Source of the DNA: Longimicrobiales bacterium | GTDB taxonomy: Bacteria; Gemmatimonadota; Gemmatimonadetes; Longimicrobiales; Gaopeijiaceae | NCBI GenBank assembly: GCA_965202805.1 | Contig: OZ241869.1 | Location: forward strand, 3,904,001-3,968,000 | Reading direction: 5' to 3' | Length of the DNA stretch: 64,000 bases | In this document: positions 48,018 through 56,776 of the stretch, piece by piece | How positions within the stretch are numbered: position 1 is the first letter of the stretch | How the letters are laid out: the number at the start of each line of letters is the position of its first letter | Position numbers and translations under genes: made by a program | The notes under the pieces: model-generated | The model's database searches: none | The model's input: only the letters and a program-made list of their open reading frames with translations | Told to the model about the DNA's origin: nothing

Positions 48018-51000
48018 ATGCGCTATCCGGAGTTGCCCGACACCCTGCTCGAACTGGAGCAGCAGACCCTCGAACGCTGGCGCGAGGAGGATCTCTTCCG
48101 CCGCAGCATGGAGGCCTCCGAGGGACGCGAGCCCTTCGTCTTCTACGAGGGACCGCCCACCTCCAACGCCCGCCCCGGCCTGCACCACGTGCTCGGACGC
48201 ACGCTGAAGGATCTCGCCTGCCGCTACCAGGCGCTCAAGGGACGCCGGGTCACCCGCATCGCGGGGTGGGACACGCACGGTCTGCCGGTCGAGATCGAGG
48301 CCGAGAAGACGCTCGGGATTTCGGGGAAGCCCGAGATCGAGGCCGTGGGCATCGAGCGCTTCAACCGCGTCTGCCGGGATTCCGTCTTCACCTACAAGGC
48401 CGACTGGGAGGCGCTGTCCGAGCGCATCGCCTACTGGCTCGACTACGAGCGTCCCTACGTCACCTGCGACACGAGCTACATCGAGTCGGTCTGGTGGATC
48501 CTGAGCCGGCTGGCGAAGAAGGGGCTCCTCTACCGGGGCCACAAGAGCGTGCCCTACTGCCCCCGCTGCGGCACCGCGCTCAGCTCGCACGAGGTGGCGC
48601 TGGGTTATCGCGAGGTGGAGGATCCGTCGCTCTTCTTCCTCGCGCCTCTCCGGACCGGGGAAGGGGAGCCCGACCCGGAGGAACGCGCCTTCCTGGCCTG
48701 GACCACCACCCCCTGGACCGTGCCCTCGAACACGGCGCTGGCGCTCAACCCCGCCCTCACATACGCCGAGGCGGAGGCGGAGGGCCGGCGCGTGATCATG
48801 GCGAAGGACCTGGTCGAGCGGGTTCTGGGCGAGGACGCGCGCATCATCCGCGAGCACGACGCCCGTTCGCTCGAAGGCGTCCGCTACACGCGGCCTCTGG
48901 AGGTGGTGCCGGTCCCCGACGGCTCCGATGCGGCCTGGCGCATCATCCTCGAGGACTTCGTGACCGCGGAGGACGGCACCGGCATCGTGCACATCGCGCC
49001 CGCATTCGGCGCGGACGACTACAAGGCCGGCCAGCGCCACGGCCTGCCCCTCATGCGTTCCATAGACGACGCGGGACGCTTCCATAAGGGTCTCGCCGTG
49101 GTGGGAGGGATGTTCGTCAAGGACGCGGATCCCCTGCTGGTGGAGGAACTCGACCGCCGCGGAAACCTGTTCCGGGCCGGCAGCGTGGCGCACTCGTACC
49201 CGCACTGCTGGCGCTGTCAGTCCCCGCTGCTCTACATCGCGCGCGAATCCTGGTTCGCGGCCACCTCGACGCTCAAGGAGGAGATGCTCGGGATCAACCG
49301 GGAGACGGCCTGGTATCCGCCGGAGATCGGCGAGGGGCGCATGGGCGAGTGGCTGGCCGGAAACGTGGACTGGGCGCTGTCGCGCGACCGCTACTGGGGC
49401 ACCCCGCTCCCGGTCTGGGTCTGCGACCGCGACGAGGACATCACGGAGTGGATCGGCAGCCTGGCGGAGCTGGAGGAGCGCGCCGGCCCCCTGGGCGAGG
49501 ACTTCGACCCGCACCGGCCCTTCATCGACGAGGTGACCTGGCCCTGCCGCGAATGTGGCGGGACCATGCGCCGGGCCTCTCCCGTCGTCGACGTGTGGTT
49601 CGATTCGGGGGCGATGCCGTACGCGCAGTGGCACTATCCCTTCGAGAACCGGGACGCCTTCGAGGGCCATTTCCCCGCCGACTTCATCAGCGAGGGGCTC
49701 GACCAGACCCGCGGCTGGTTCTATTCGCTCATGGCCATCTCGGCCATGCTCGGGCGCGGGATGGCGTTCCGCAACGTCCTCGTCAACGATCTGGTGCTCG
49801 ACGCCGAGGGCCGGAAGATGTCGAAAACCAAGGGCAACGCGGTCGATCCCTGGGAGGCGGTGGGCGTCTGCGGGGCCGATCCGCTGCGCTGGTACTTCGT
49901 CACGGTGAGCAACCCGTGGGTGCCCAAGCGCTACGATGAGCGCGGCATCGCCGAGGTGGCGCGCAAGTTCTTCGACACCCTCCTCAACACGTACCGGTTC
50001 TTCGCGCTGTACGCGAACGTGGAGGGTTGGCGGGGCGGGAATGCCCGGGCGTTTCCCGATGAGGCCGACGGGGGAACCGCGAACGCCGGCGGGGCCGGGA
50101 GCAGCGATCCCGCGGTACCGGCGGTACCGGACGAGGCATCCCTGCTCGACCGGTGGATGTTCTCGCGGCTGCACCGGCTGGTGGCCGACGTGCGGTCCGA
50201 TCTGGACAACTACCAGTTCACCCCCGCCTGCCGGAAGGTCGCCCGGTTCGTGGACGAGGACCTGTCCAACTGGTACGTGCGCCGCAGCCGGCCGCGCTAC
50301 TGGGGCAAGACCGGGGCCGCGGACGCGGACGCCGCCTTCCACACCCTGCACCTCGCCCTGCGCACGGTGAGCCTGCTGATCGCTCCGGCGGCGCCCTTCA
50401 CCGCGGACTGGCTGCACCGGGCGCTGACCGGGGGAGAGAGCGTCCACCTGGCGACTCTGCCCGATGCGGACGAAGGATTCCTGGACGACGAGCTGGAGCA
50501 GGAGATGGACGCGGTGCGCCAACTCGTCACGCTGGGGCGGGCGGCGCGCGAGCAGGCGGGGGTGAGGGTGCGCCAGCCGCTGCGAACGCTCCATGCGGCG
50601 GTGCGCGGTGGCGTCGCGCTGCGGGAAGAGGTGCTGGCGGTGCTGAGGGAGGAACTGAACGTCAAGCAGGTCTCGTTCGTGCGCGACGCGGGTGACCTGG
50701 TGCGTCTCGAGGCGCGCCCCAACTTCCGCACTCTGGGACCTCGCTTCCAGAGGCACAGCAACAGCGCCGCCGCGGCCATCCGGGCCCTCGGGCAGGAGGA
50801 ACTGCGCGCCTGGCGCGCGGGCGAGGCGGTCGCCGTCACGGTGGACGGCGGGGAGCACCCGCTCGGCCCCGACGATCTCGAGCTGGCGGAGGTCGCGCGC
50901 GGCGACCTGGTGGTGCGCGCCGCCAACGGCTTCACCGCCGCGATCGATCCCGCCCTGGACGACGAGTTGCGCGCCGAGGGGCTCGCGCGCGAGCTGGTGA

Positions 51001-51245
51001 ACCGGGTGCAGCGGCTGCGCAAGGACTCGGGCCTCGAGGTCACCGACCGCATCCGGCTCGCCATCTCCGGCCCGGAGGGCGTGCGCGCCGCCGCGGCCCG
51101 CCACCGCGCCTTCATCGCGGGTGAGACCCTCGCGGTGGACATCGTGGTGGCCGGGGACGGGGCGCCGGGGGCGTACACCAACCACCGGGAAGTGGCGTTC
51201 GACGGCACCCGCGCCGCGATCGCGCTGGCGCGCGCGGGCGGGTAG
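48018..51245 (+). CDS. ileS: Isoleucine--tRNA ligase, type 2
   Basis: YEGPP, GLHH in place of HIGH, GWDTHGLP, WTTTPWT, GTGIVH, SRDRYWGTP, DQTRGWF, KMSKT, long IleRS2 C-terminus. Confidence 0.97.
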   Translation: MRYPELPDTLLELEQQTLERWREEDLFRRSMEASEGREPFVFYEGPPTSNARPGLHHVLGRTLKDLACRYQALKGRRVTRIAGWDTHGLPVEIEAEKTLGISGKPEIEAVGIERFNRVCRDSVFTYKADWEALSERIAYWLDYERPYVTCDTSYIESVWWILSRLAKKGLLYRGHKSVPYCPRCGTALSSHEVALGYREVEDPSLFFLAPLRTGEGEPDPEERAFLAWTTTPWTVPSNTALALNPALTYAEAEAEGRRVIMAKDLVERVLGEDARIIREHDARSLEGVRYTRPLEVVPVPDGSDAAWRIILEDFVTAEDGTGIVHIAPAFGADDYKAGQRHGLPLMRSIDDAGRFHKGLAVVGGMFVKDADPLLVEELDRRGNLFRAGSVAHSYPHCWRCQSPLLYIARESWFAATSTLKEEMLGINRETAWYPPEIGEGRMGEWLAGNVDWALSRDRYWGTPLPVWVCDRDEDITEWIGSLAELEERAGPLGEDFDPHRPFIDEVTWPCRECGGTMRRASPVVDVWFDSGAMPYAQWHYPFENRDAFEGHFPADFISEGLDQTRGWFYSLMAISAMLGRGMAFRNVLVNDLVLDAEGRKMSKTKGNAVDPWEAVGVCGADPLRWYFVTVSNPWVPKRYDERGIAEVARKFFDTLLNTYRFFALYANVEGWRGGNARAFPDEADGGTANAGGAGSSDPAVPAVPDEASLLDRWMFSRLHRLVADVRSDLDNYQFTPACRKVARFVDEDLSNWYVRRSRPRYWGKTGAADADAAFHTLHLALRTVSLLIAPAAPFTADWLHRALTGGESVHLATLPDADEGFLDDELEQEMDAVRQLVTLGRAAREQAGVRVRQPLRTLHAAVRGGVALREEVLAVLREELNVKQVSFVRDAGDLVRLEARPNFRTLGPRFQRHSNSAAAAIRALGQEELRAWRAGEAVAVTVDGGEHPLGPDDLELAEVARGDLVVRAANGFTAAIDPALDDELRAEGLARELVNRVQRLRKDSGLEVTDRIRLAISGPEGVRAAAARHRAFIAGETLAVDIVVAGDGAPGAYTNHREVAFDGTRAAIALARAGG

Positions 51246-51411
51246 CCGGCCGTCGGATGGCGCCGCGATTTTCCGCGCATTTCCTCCGGTGGGCCTCGCC
51301 CGCCGGAGCGTCGTGCGTGCCGGGTGGCGCCGATGCGCGGACCGGTCCTCCCCGCGACCGTGTCCGAAACCGGCGCGAGGTCCGGGGTGGCCCGACCGAT
51401 CGGGGGAAATT

Positions 51412-52422
51412 TTGAGCGGGGCCAGCGGGCCTCGCGAGGCGCTGACGGTCAGGGAGGGTGCCGGGCGGCGCGAGACGCTCACGGTCGAGGACGAGCGCCC
51501 GGAGCGCCTGGACACCTGGCTGGCCCGCCGCCTCGAACTGTCGCGCACCCGGGCGGCCCGGCTGGTGGAGCAGGGTCTCGTGCAGGTGGACGGCCGGGCG
51601 GCCAGGAAGTCCGCGCCGGTGGCGGCCGGGCAGCGCGTCGAGGTGGAGATCCCGCCGCCCGAGCCGGTCGACCTGGTTCCCGAGGACATCCCCCTTGCGG
51701 TGGTCCACGAGGACGACGCGCTGCTGGTGGTCGACAAGCCCGCCGGGCTGGTGGTGCACCCGGCGCCCGGCCACCCCCGCGGGACCCTGGTGAACGCGCT
51801 CCTCCACCACGTCGCCGACCTGGCCGGGGTGGGGGGACGGATGCGCCCGGGGATCGTGCATCGCCTCGACCGAGACACCTCCGGGCTGCTGGTGGTGGCG
51901 AAGAACGATGCGGCGCACCGGGCGCTTTCCGCCGAACTGGCCGCGCGCAGGGTGGGCCGCACCTACCTGGCGGCCGCCTGGGGGCACCTGCGCGACACAC
52001 CGCTCACGGTGGATGCCCCCATCGGCCGTGATCCCCGGGCCCGCCAGCGCATGGCGGTGGTGGAGGGGGGGCGCCGGGCCGTCACCCACCTGGCGGTAAG
52101 GGAGCGCTGGGAGGCGGCGGAGCTGCTCGAGGTGCGCCTCGAGACCGGGCGCACCCACCAGATCCGGGTGCACCTGGCGCACATCGGGCACCCGGTGGTG
52201 GGCGATCCCGTGTACGGAGCGGGGCGGGAGCGGGGGGTGGCGGGACCCGCCCGGCGCTGGGCGGGGGAGGTGGCGCGCCGGGCCGGACGCCAGTTCCTGC
52301 ACGCCTGCGCCCTCTCCTTCACCCATCCGCTGCTGGGCACGCGCATGCGCTTCCGTTCACCCCTCCCTCCCGACCTGGTGGAGGTCGCGGAGTGGGCGAG
52401 GACGCACCGGGGATCCCGATGA
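51412..52422 (+). CDS. rluD: RluA/RluD family pseudouridine synthase; TTG start inferred
   Basis: S4 domain (RLD..LA...LSR), DKPAGLVVHP, HRLDRDTSG, TGRTHQIRVH, GDPVYG. Confidence 0.9.
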   Translation: MSGASGPREALTVREGAGRRETLTVEDERPERLDTWLARRLELSRTRAARLVEQGLVQVDGRAARKSAPVAAGQRVEVEIPPPEPVDLVPEDIPLAVVHEDDALLVVDKPAGLVVHPAPGHPRGTLVNALLHHVADLAGVGGRMRPGIVHRLDRDTSGLLVVAKNDAAHRALSAELAARRVGRTYLAAAWGHLRDTPLTVDAPIGRDPRARQRMAVVEGGRRAVTHLAVRERWEAAELLEVRLETGRTHQIRVHLAHIGHPVVGDPVYGAGRERGVAGPARRWAGEVARRAGRQFLHACALSFTHPLLGTRMRFRSPLPPDLVEVAEWARTHRGSR

Positions 52423-53435
52423 GCCTGTCTGGAATCCTCCTGCTGTGCCTGTCCGCGCTGTCGCCGCTACCGCCCCGCGACGCGCCTCCCGGTCAGGACG
52501 CGTACCCCGATCAGGATGCGCGCTATTCCACCCTGACGCGATCGGGGATCACCATGCACTACGCCCCGGGCGACTCCCTGCGCGCCGAGCGACTGCTGAC
52601 CCTGCTGGTGAACGCGCCGGGCCTGCCGGGCCTGCCTCCGGGCCTCCCCGCCACGGCGACCGTCTACCTCGCGGCCTCCGAGGACGACTTCCTGGACTTC
52701 GCCGGCGGTCAGGTCCCGGAATGGAGCGCGGGTCTGGCCATTCCCTCCACCGGCACCATCGTCCTTCCCATGTACGCCGACGACCGCACCCGCGGCTGGA
52801 GCGAGGAGCGCGTGATGCGACACGAATGGGCGCACCTCGGACTGCACGAATACCTGCGTGGCCTGCGTGTCCCGAGGTGGTTCTCCGAAGGGTACGCGGA
52901 ATGGGCCTCCGGGGGATGGAACGCGGCCGAGGGGTGGCGTCTGCGCGTCGCCATGGCGGGAGGCCGCACGCCCCCGCTGGACTCGCTCGCCCTGCAGTGG
53001 CCCGCCGACCGGGCATCCGCGGAAATCGCCTACATGCTCTCCGCCACCGCCGTCGAATACCTGGTGGCGTCCAGCGGCGAACGGGGGCTCGCCCTCTTCC
53101 TGTCCCGCTGGCGCGAGGGCAACTCTTTCGAGGCGGCGCTGCGTCGTACCTTCGGCGTCACCAGCGGGCAGCTCGAGGAAGATTGGGGCCGATACGTGCG
53201 CCGGCGCTACGGCTGGCTCCTGGTGCTGTCCCAGTCGCTCGTCTTCTGGGCTTTTCTGGGGACCTTGCTGGCCGTCATGGTGGTCGTGCGCCGCCGCCGC
53301 GGACGCTGGCGCCTGGCGCGTCTGCGCGCCACCGAACTGCCGGATGATCCGGCCTTCTGGCTTGACCCGCGCCCCCACGATCGGGATTTTGGAGATCATG
53401 GCAAGGAAGCGAACCAACCGCCGGGCAGCCCGTAG
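52419..53435 (+). CDS. Peptidase MA-like metallohydrolase, membrane anchored
   Basis: ATGA overlap; signal; HEWAH; PRWFSEGYAE; C-terminal TM helix. Confidence 0.85.
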   Translation: MSLSGILLLCLSALSPLPPRDAPPGQDAYPDQDARYSTLTRSGITMHYAPGDSLRAERLLTLLVNAPGLPGLPPGLPATATVYLAASEDDFLDFAGGQVPEWSAGLAIPSTGTIVLPMYADDRTRGWSEERVMRHEWAHLGLHEYLRGLRVPRWFSEGYAEWASGGWNAAEGWRLRVAMAGGRTPPLDSLALQWPADRASAEIAYMLSATAVEYLVASSGERGLALFLSRWREGNSFEAALRRTFGVTSGQLEEDWGRYVRRRYGWLLVLSQSLVFWAFLGTLLAVMVVVRRRRGRWRLARLRATELPDDPAFWLDPRPHDRDFGDHGKEANQPPGSP

Positions 53436-53625
53436 CCGGGGCAGAAGCCGCAGCCGCGACGCCGGCTCCCTGCGCTTTTCGCGCAAGAACGGCATTCTCG
53501 GCCTCGCCGGGCTGCTGGTCATCGTCCTGGGTTATGCCCTGCTCGCCCAGGGATCCATCACCGCCGCTCCCCTGCTGCTGGTTCTGGGCTACCTGGTGCT
53601 CCTGCCCCTCGCGCTCGTCCTCTAG
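53398..53625 (+). CDS. Small membrane protein with two TM helices (DUF3098-like)
   Basis: GGAG RBS; basic N-terminus; F.RKN....G...IVLGY; APLLLVLGY. Confidence 0.7.
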   Translation: MARKRTNRRAARSRGRSRSRDAGSLRFSRKNGILGLAGLLVIVLGYALLAQGSITAAPLLLVLGYLVLLPLALVL

Positions 53626-53850
53626 AGCAGCCCGCGGACGAACTCTCCTCGGGCTTTCGAGCGTCGTTGCCAGGGCTGAACCTCGTGCTCCATCATGCCG
53701 GCCCGCCAAGGGGCCACGCTGCGCCCAATTCGGTACCACCAACCCTGTCGGCGCCGACCCGCTTCCCTCCACTGGACCGGTCCCCTCCTCTGGAGTACGA
53801 TGTAGGAAGCTGACCTCGTGCCGCCGAAGCCCTCGGCGAGGAGGATGATC

Positions 53851-54501
53851 ATGTACCAGGTTCCGAATCCGTCGCCCGTCGCCCGCGTCCGTCTGACGGC
53901 CCGCGTCGCGTTGTCGATCCCGTTCCTCGTCCTCGGTCTCGCGGATGCGCGCCAGGCTGCGGCACAGGCTGAAGTGGTGGAGGGCCACGCGCCGTCGCGC
54001 CGCATCGAGTCGATCCGCCCGCGCACGGGTCCCGCGGGCACCCGCGTCAGCATCAACACCGGGGGGCTGCCCGCCATTACCCCGACCCGGATCGGGCTCG
54101 GCGCCGCCCAGTTCGGGTTCGAGGAGATCGGCCAGGAGCTGACCACGGAACGGGGCCGGATCGACATGGCCGTCACGGTTCCCGAGTGGGCGCACCTCGA
54201 CCGGCCCACGGTGTTCATCGTCTTCGACTTCTACTTCCGGCCGCTTGCCCTCTCCAACTACTTCCACGCCACCGACGAAAACGGCATCCTGACCCGCCGG
54301 GGCCAGCTCATTCACGTGGGAGAGCCGTGCTCGGTGCTGTTCGGCGAGTTCGGCGACGTCTACGCGCTGGAAGGCGAGGAGGGCGACTGGGAGATGGGCA
54401 CCGAGGTGGTCGTCCAGGGCGTCCTGACCGAGAGTTCGCCGTGTCTGCACGAGACCACGATCTCGGTTCGAAGCATGCGGCCCGCGCGGAGCGGTTCGTA
54501 G
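53851..54501 (+). CDS. Secreted hypothetical protein
   Basis: GAGGAGG RBS; signal ending AAA-QA; host-like codon usage; small Cys-containing C-terminal domain. Confidence 0.6.
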   Translation: MYQVPNPSPVARVRLTARVALSIPFLVLGLADARQAAAQAEVVEGHAPSRRIESIRPRTGPAGTRVSINTGGLPAITPTRIGLGAAQFGFEEIGQELTTERGRIDMAVTVPEWAHLDRPTVFIVFDFYFRPLALSNYFHATDENGILTRRGQLIHVGEPCSVLFGEFGDVYALEGEEGDWEMGTEVVVQGVLTESSPCLHETTISVRSMRPARSGS

Positions 54502-54627
54502 TAGCCTCAAACTGATGTAGCGGCAGAGCGGGGACTCGCGATCCGGGCCCCGCTTACGCATTTCCGCCTGCATCCCGACGCGGGGCGCAGGCCGCCGATT
54601 CCCACACAATGCCCTGCGGAGGACCCC

Positions 54628-55464
54628 ATGAGACGCCTGCTCCTGGCTCTTGCCTTTGTCCTTCTGGTCCCCTCCACCGCGCTCGCCACCTGGTCGATCG
54701 TCGCCATCGACCTCAGCACCGGGCGCGTCGTGATCGCTTCCGCCACCTGCGCAGCGACCGGCCCCGACCAGCTCAAGCTGCTGCAGGCGGTGGTGGTGCC
54801 CGGCGTGGGCGTGGCCGCCGCCCAGGCGGGCGTGGACCGTACCCACGAGAACCAGAAGCTCATCTTCGCGGAGCTGCAGAACGGCACCGATCCCGTCGAG
54901 ATCATCCGCATGCTGGCGGATGATCCGGACATCGAGCGCCGGCAGTTCGGCATCATCGACATGCAGGGCCGCACTGCGGGGCGCTCGGGCGAGGGCAACC
55001 GGCCCGTGTCGCTGGACATTCAGGGGCGCAGTGCGGACAACATCCTGTACTCGGTCCAGGGCAACATCATCGCGACCACCGAGGCGCTCACCGAGTCCGC
55101 GCGCATCATGCAGGAGGGCACGGACGACGTCATCGACCGGGTCATGCGCGCCATGGAGAGGGCCGACCAGCTGGGCGGCGACAGCCGCTGCACCTGCGAC
55201 ACCGAGCCCCTGCCCGAGGCCTACGCCGACTGCAACGGCAAGACCTCGCACGTCGCCTACATCCTCGCCGCGGACCCGGAAAACACGCTGGGCGAGTTCG
55301 CCGACAACCATCCCGAGGACCTGCGCGCGCCCTACAACGACGGGGAGTACCACCTCTACATCTCCGCCATCCCGACGAACACGCTGCCCCACGAGGATGC
55401 CAATCCGGTGCGGACCCTGCGTATGCGGTATGATGCCTGGAGGGGGTCGTCCGGAGGAGGTTAG
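54628..55464 (+). CDS. DUF1028 (Ntn-hydrolase-like) secreted protein, second copy
   Basis: GGAGG RBS; signal ALA followed directly by TWSIVA; AAAQA; RQFGI; QGNI; GGDSRC. Confidence 0.85.
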   Translation: MRRLLLALAFVLLVPSTALATWSIVAIDLSTGRVVIASATCAATGPDQLKLLQAVVVPGVGVAAAQAGVDRTHENQKLIFAELQNGTDPVEIIRMLADDPDIERRQFGIIDMQGRTAGRSGEGNRPVSLDIQGRSADNILYSVQGNIIATTEALTESARIMQEGTDDVIDRVMRAMERADQLGGDSRCTCDTEPLPEAYADCNGKTSHVAYILAADPENTLGEFADNHPEDLRAPYNDGEYHLYISAIPTNTLPHEDANPVRTLRMRYDAWRGSSGGG

Positions 55465-55494
55465 GTGGGCTTGGACGAGCGGAGGAAGTTCAAG

Positions 55495-55602
55495 TTAGGC
55501 AGGTGCTGAGCTCAGAGCGGTAGCTTGAAAACGCTCGAGCGCAGCCTGTAGGTCCTCCACGATCTCAGCGGCCAGCACGTCCGGTTCAGCGGCACCGGAC
55601 AC
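55495..55602 (-). pseudogene. 3' remnant of a type I restriction-modification methyltransferase (HsdM C-terminal helix)
   Basis: Minus-strand frame EPDVLAAEIVEDLQAALERF resembles the HsdM tail (PDVLAAEIVEDLEAALEQF type); no other hsdM sequence present. Confidence 0.55.
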
Positions 55603-55605
55603 CGC

Positions 55606-55893
55606 TCATGCCGTCGCGAAGCGCTCGACCGCGATCTCCGCGGCGCGGGTGCGGGCCTGCCACAGATCGTAGGCCATCTGCATCCCCAGCCAGGTCTCGG
55701 GCGTCGAGCCGAAGGCCTTTGACAGCCGGATCGCCATCTCCACCGAGACCCCCGTGCGCCCGTTGAGCAATTCCGAAAGCGCCTGCCGCGTGACGCCCAG
55801 CCCCTCGGCAGCCCGGGTCACCGTAAGGCCCAGCGGTTCCAGGCACTGCCGCCGAACGATGCCGCCCGGATGCGGCGGGTCGTGCATGGCCAT
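55606..55893 (-). CDS. higA: HigA family antitoxin
   Basis: PPHPG, LGVTRQALSELLNG, EMAIRLSKAFGSTPETWLGMQ..YD. Confidence 0.95.
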   Translation of the reverse strand: MAMHDPPHPGGIVRRQCLEPLGLTVTRAAEGLGVTRQALSELLNGRTGVSVEMAIRLSKAFGSTPETWLGMQMAYDLWQARTRAAEIAVERFATA

Positions 55894-55900
55894 GATCGGT

Positions 55901-56087
55901 CCTCACCCTGCCGTCCCTTCAGGGCGTGCAGCCGGAAACCCGGCAGATCCATGCCCGCTGGTCCCGAACTGAAATCGAGCGCCGCCAGTATGTCCCGCAG
56001 CTTGCCCACATGCTCCGGCGCGACCCGCCGCAGCGTCCTGCCCTCGTAGAGCGCCTTCAGGCCCCGGTGGCGGAACGATGCGATCAT
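55901..56087 (-). pseudogene. higB: HigB (RelE-like) toxin with its C-terminal third deleted
   Basis: MIASFRHRGLKALY...MDLPGFRLHALKG, then similarity ends; the WSVxVxGNWRxTF...DYH segment is absent. Confidence 0.75.
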
Positions 56088-56273
56088 CGTCCAAGTCTAA
56101 GGCTGTCGCCCGTCAATCGACAACTGGCGAAGCTGAAACCCAGTCGACTCGTGTTTGCGTTGCGCACGCGCACAGAAGCCGGGGTCCGGACCAGTGACCG
56201 TCTGCATGCTCGTGACGATGGGCGACTCGCGTACCGGGTGCAGCGGCTCGCGGCATCCAGTAAGTTCCAAGCA

Positions 56274-56348
56274 GGGCGCTTAGCTCAGCTGGTCGAGAGC
56301 GCCTGCCTTACAAGCAGGAGGTCGGCGGTTCGAATCCGTCAGCGCCCA
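56274..56348 (+). tRNA. tRNA-Val (anticodon TAC), CCA not encoded
   Basis: Acceptor GGGCGCT/AGCGCCC; D arm GCTC/GAGC; anticodon arm CCTGC-CTTACAA-GCAGG; T arm GGCGG-TTCGAAT-CCGTC. Confidence 0.97.
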
Positions 56349-56464
56349 TGGCCGGAGATGCCCGTGAGGTTCCGCAACCGCTCCATTCCATGTATCCTGT
56401 CCTGTCGTTCCGTCGGATGGGGCAGCCCGGCGGAGTCGGGTACACCCACAACGCAGGAGACGTA

Positions 56465-56761
56465 ATGAACAAGAAGGAAATGGCGGCCGCTCTCGCTCAG
56501 CAGGCCGATCTCTCCCAGGCGAAGGCAGCGGATGTGCTCAACTGCATCTTCGACACAGGCGCCGGATCGGGTATCATCGCCGGAGAACTCGACGCAGGTG
56601 GAAAGGTGACCGTCCCCGGATTCGGCACCTTCGGCGTCAAGATGCGCGCGGCGCGCACCGGGACCAACCCGGCGACCGGCGAAAAGATCGCCATCGCCGC
56701 CAAGAGGTATGCATTCTTCAAGCCCGGCAAGCCGTTGCGGGACCGCGTAGCCGGGGGATAG
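56465..56761 (+). CDS. hup: HU family DNA-binding protein
   Basis: AGGAG RBS; MNKKEM, GFGTF, RAARTGTNPATGE, FKPGK.LRD. Confidence 0.95.
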   Translation: MNKKEMAAALAQQADLSQAKAADVLNCIFDTGAGSGIIAGELDAGGKVTVPGFGTFGVKMRAARTGTNPATGEKIAIAAKRYAFFKPGKPLRDRVAGG

Positions 56762-56776
56762 ATCGTCCACCGCAAC

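Noticed and set aside
47991..51962. 1323-aa minus-strand ORF
   Set aside because: Antisense to ileS and rluD, which carry all the expected motifs.
56274..56348. tRNA-Val as integration site of the higBA/hsdM relic
   Set aside because: The relic lies on the 5' side of the tRNA; I saw no duplicated tRNA 3' end and no integrase.
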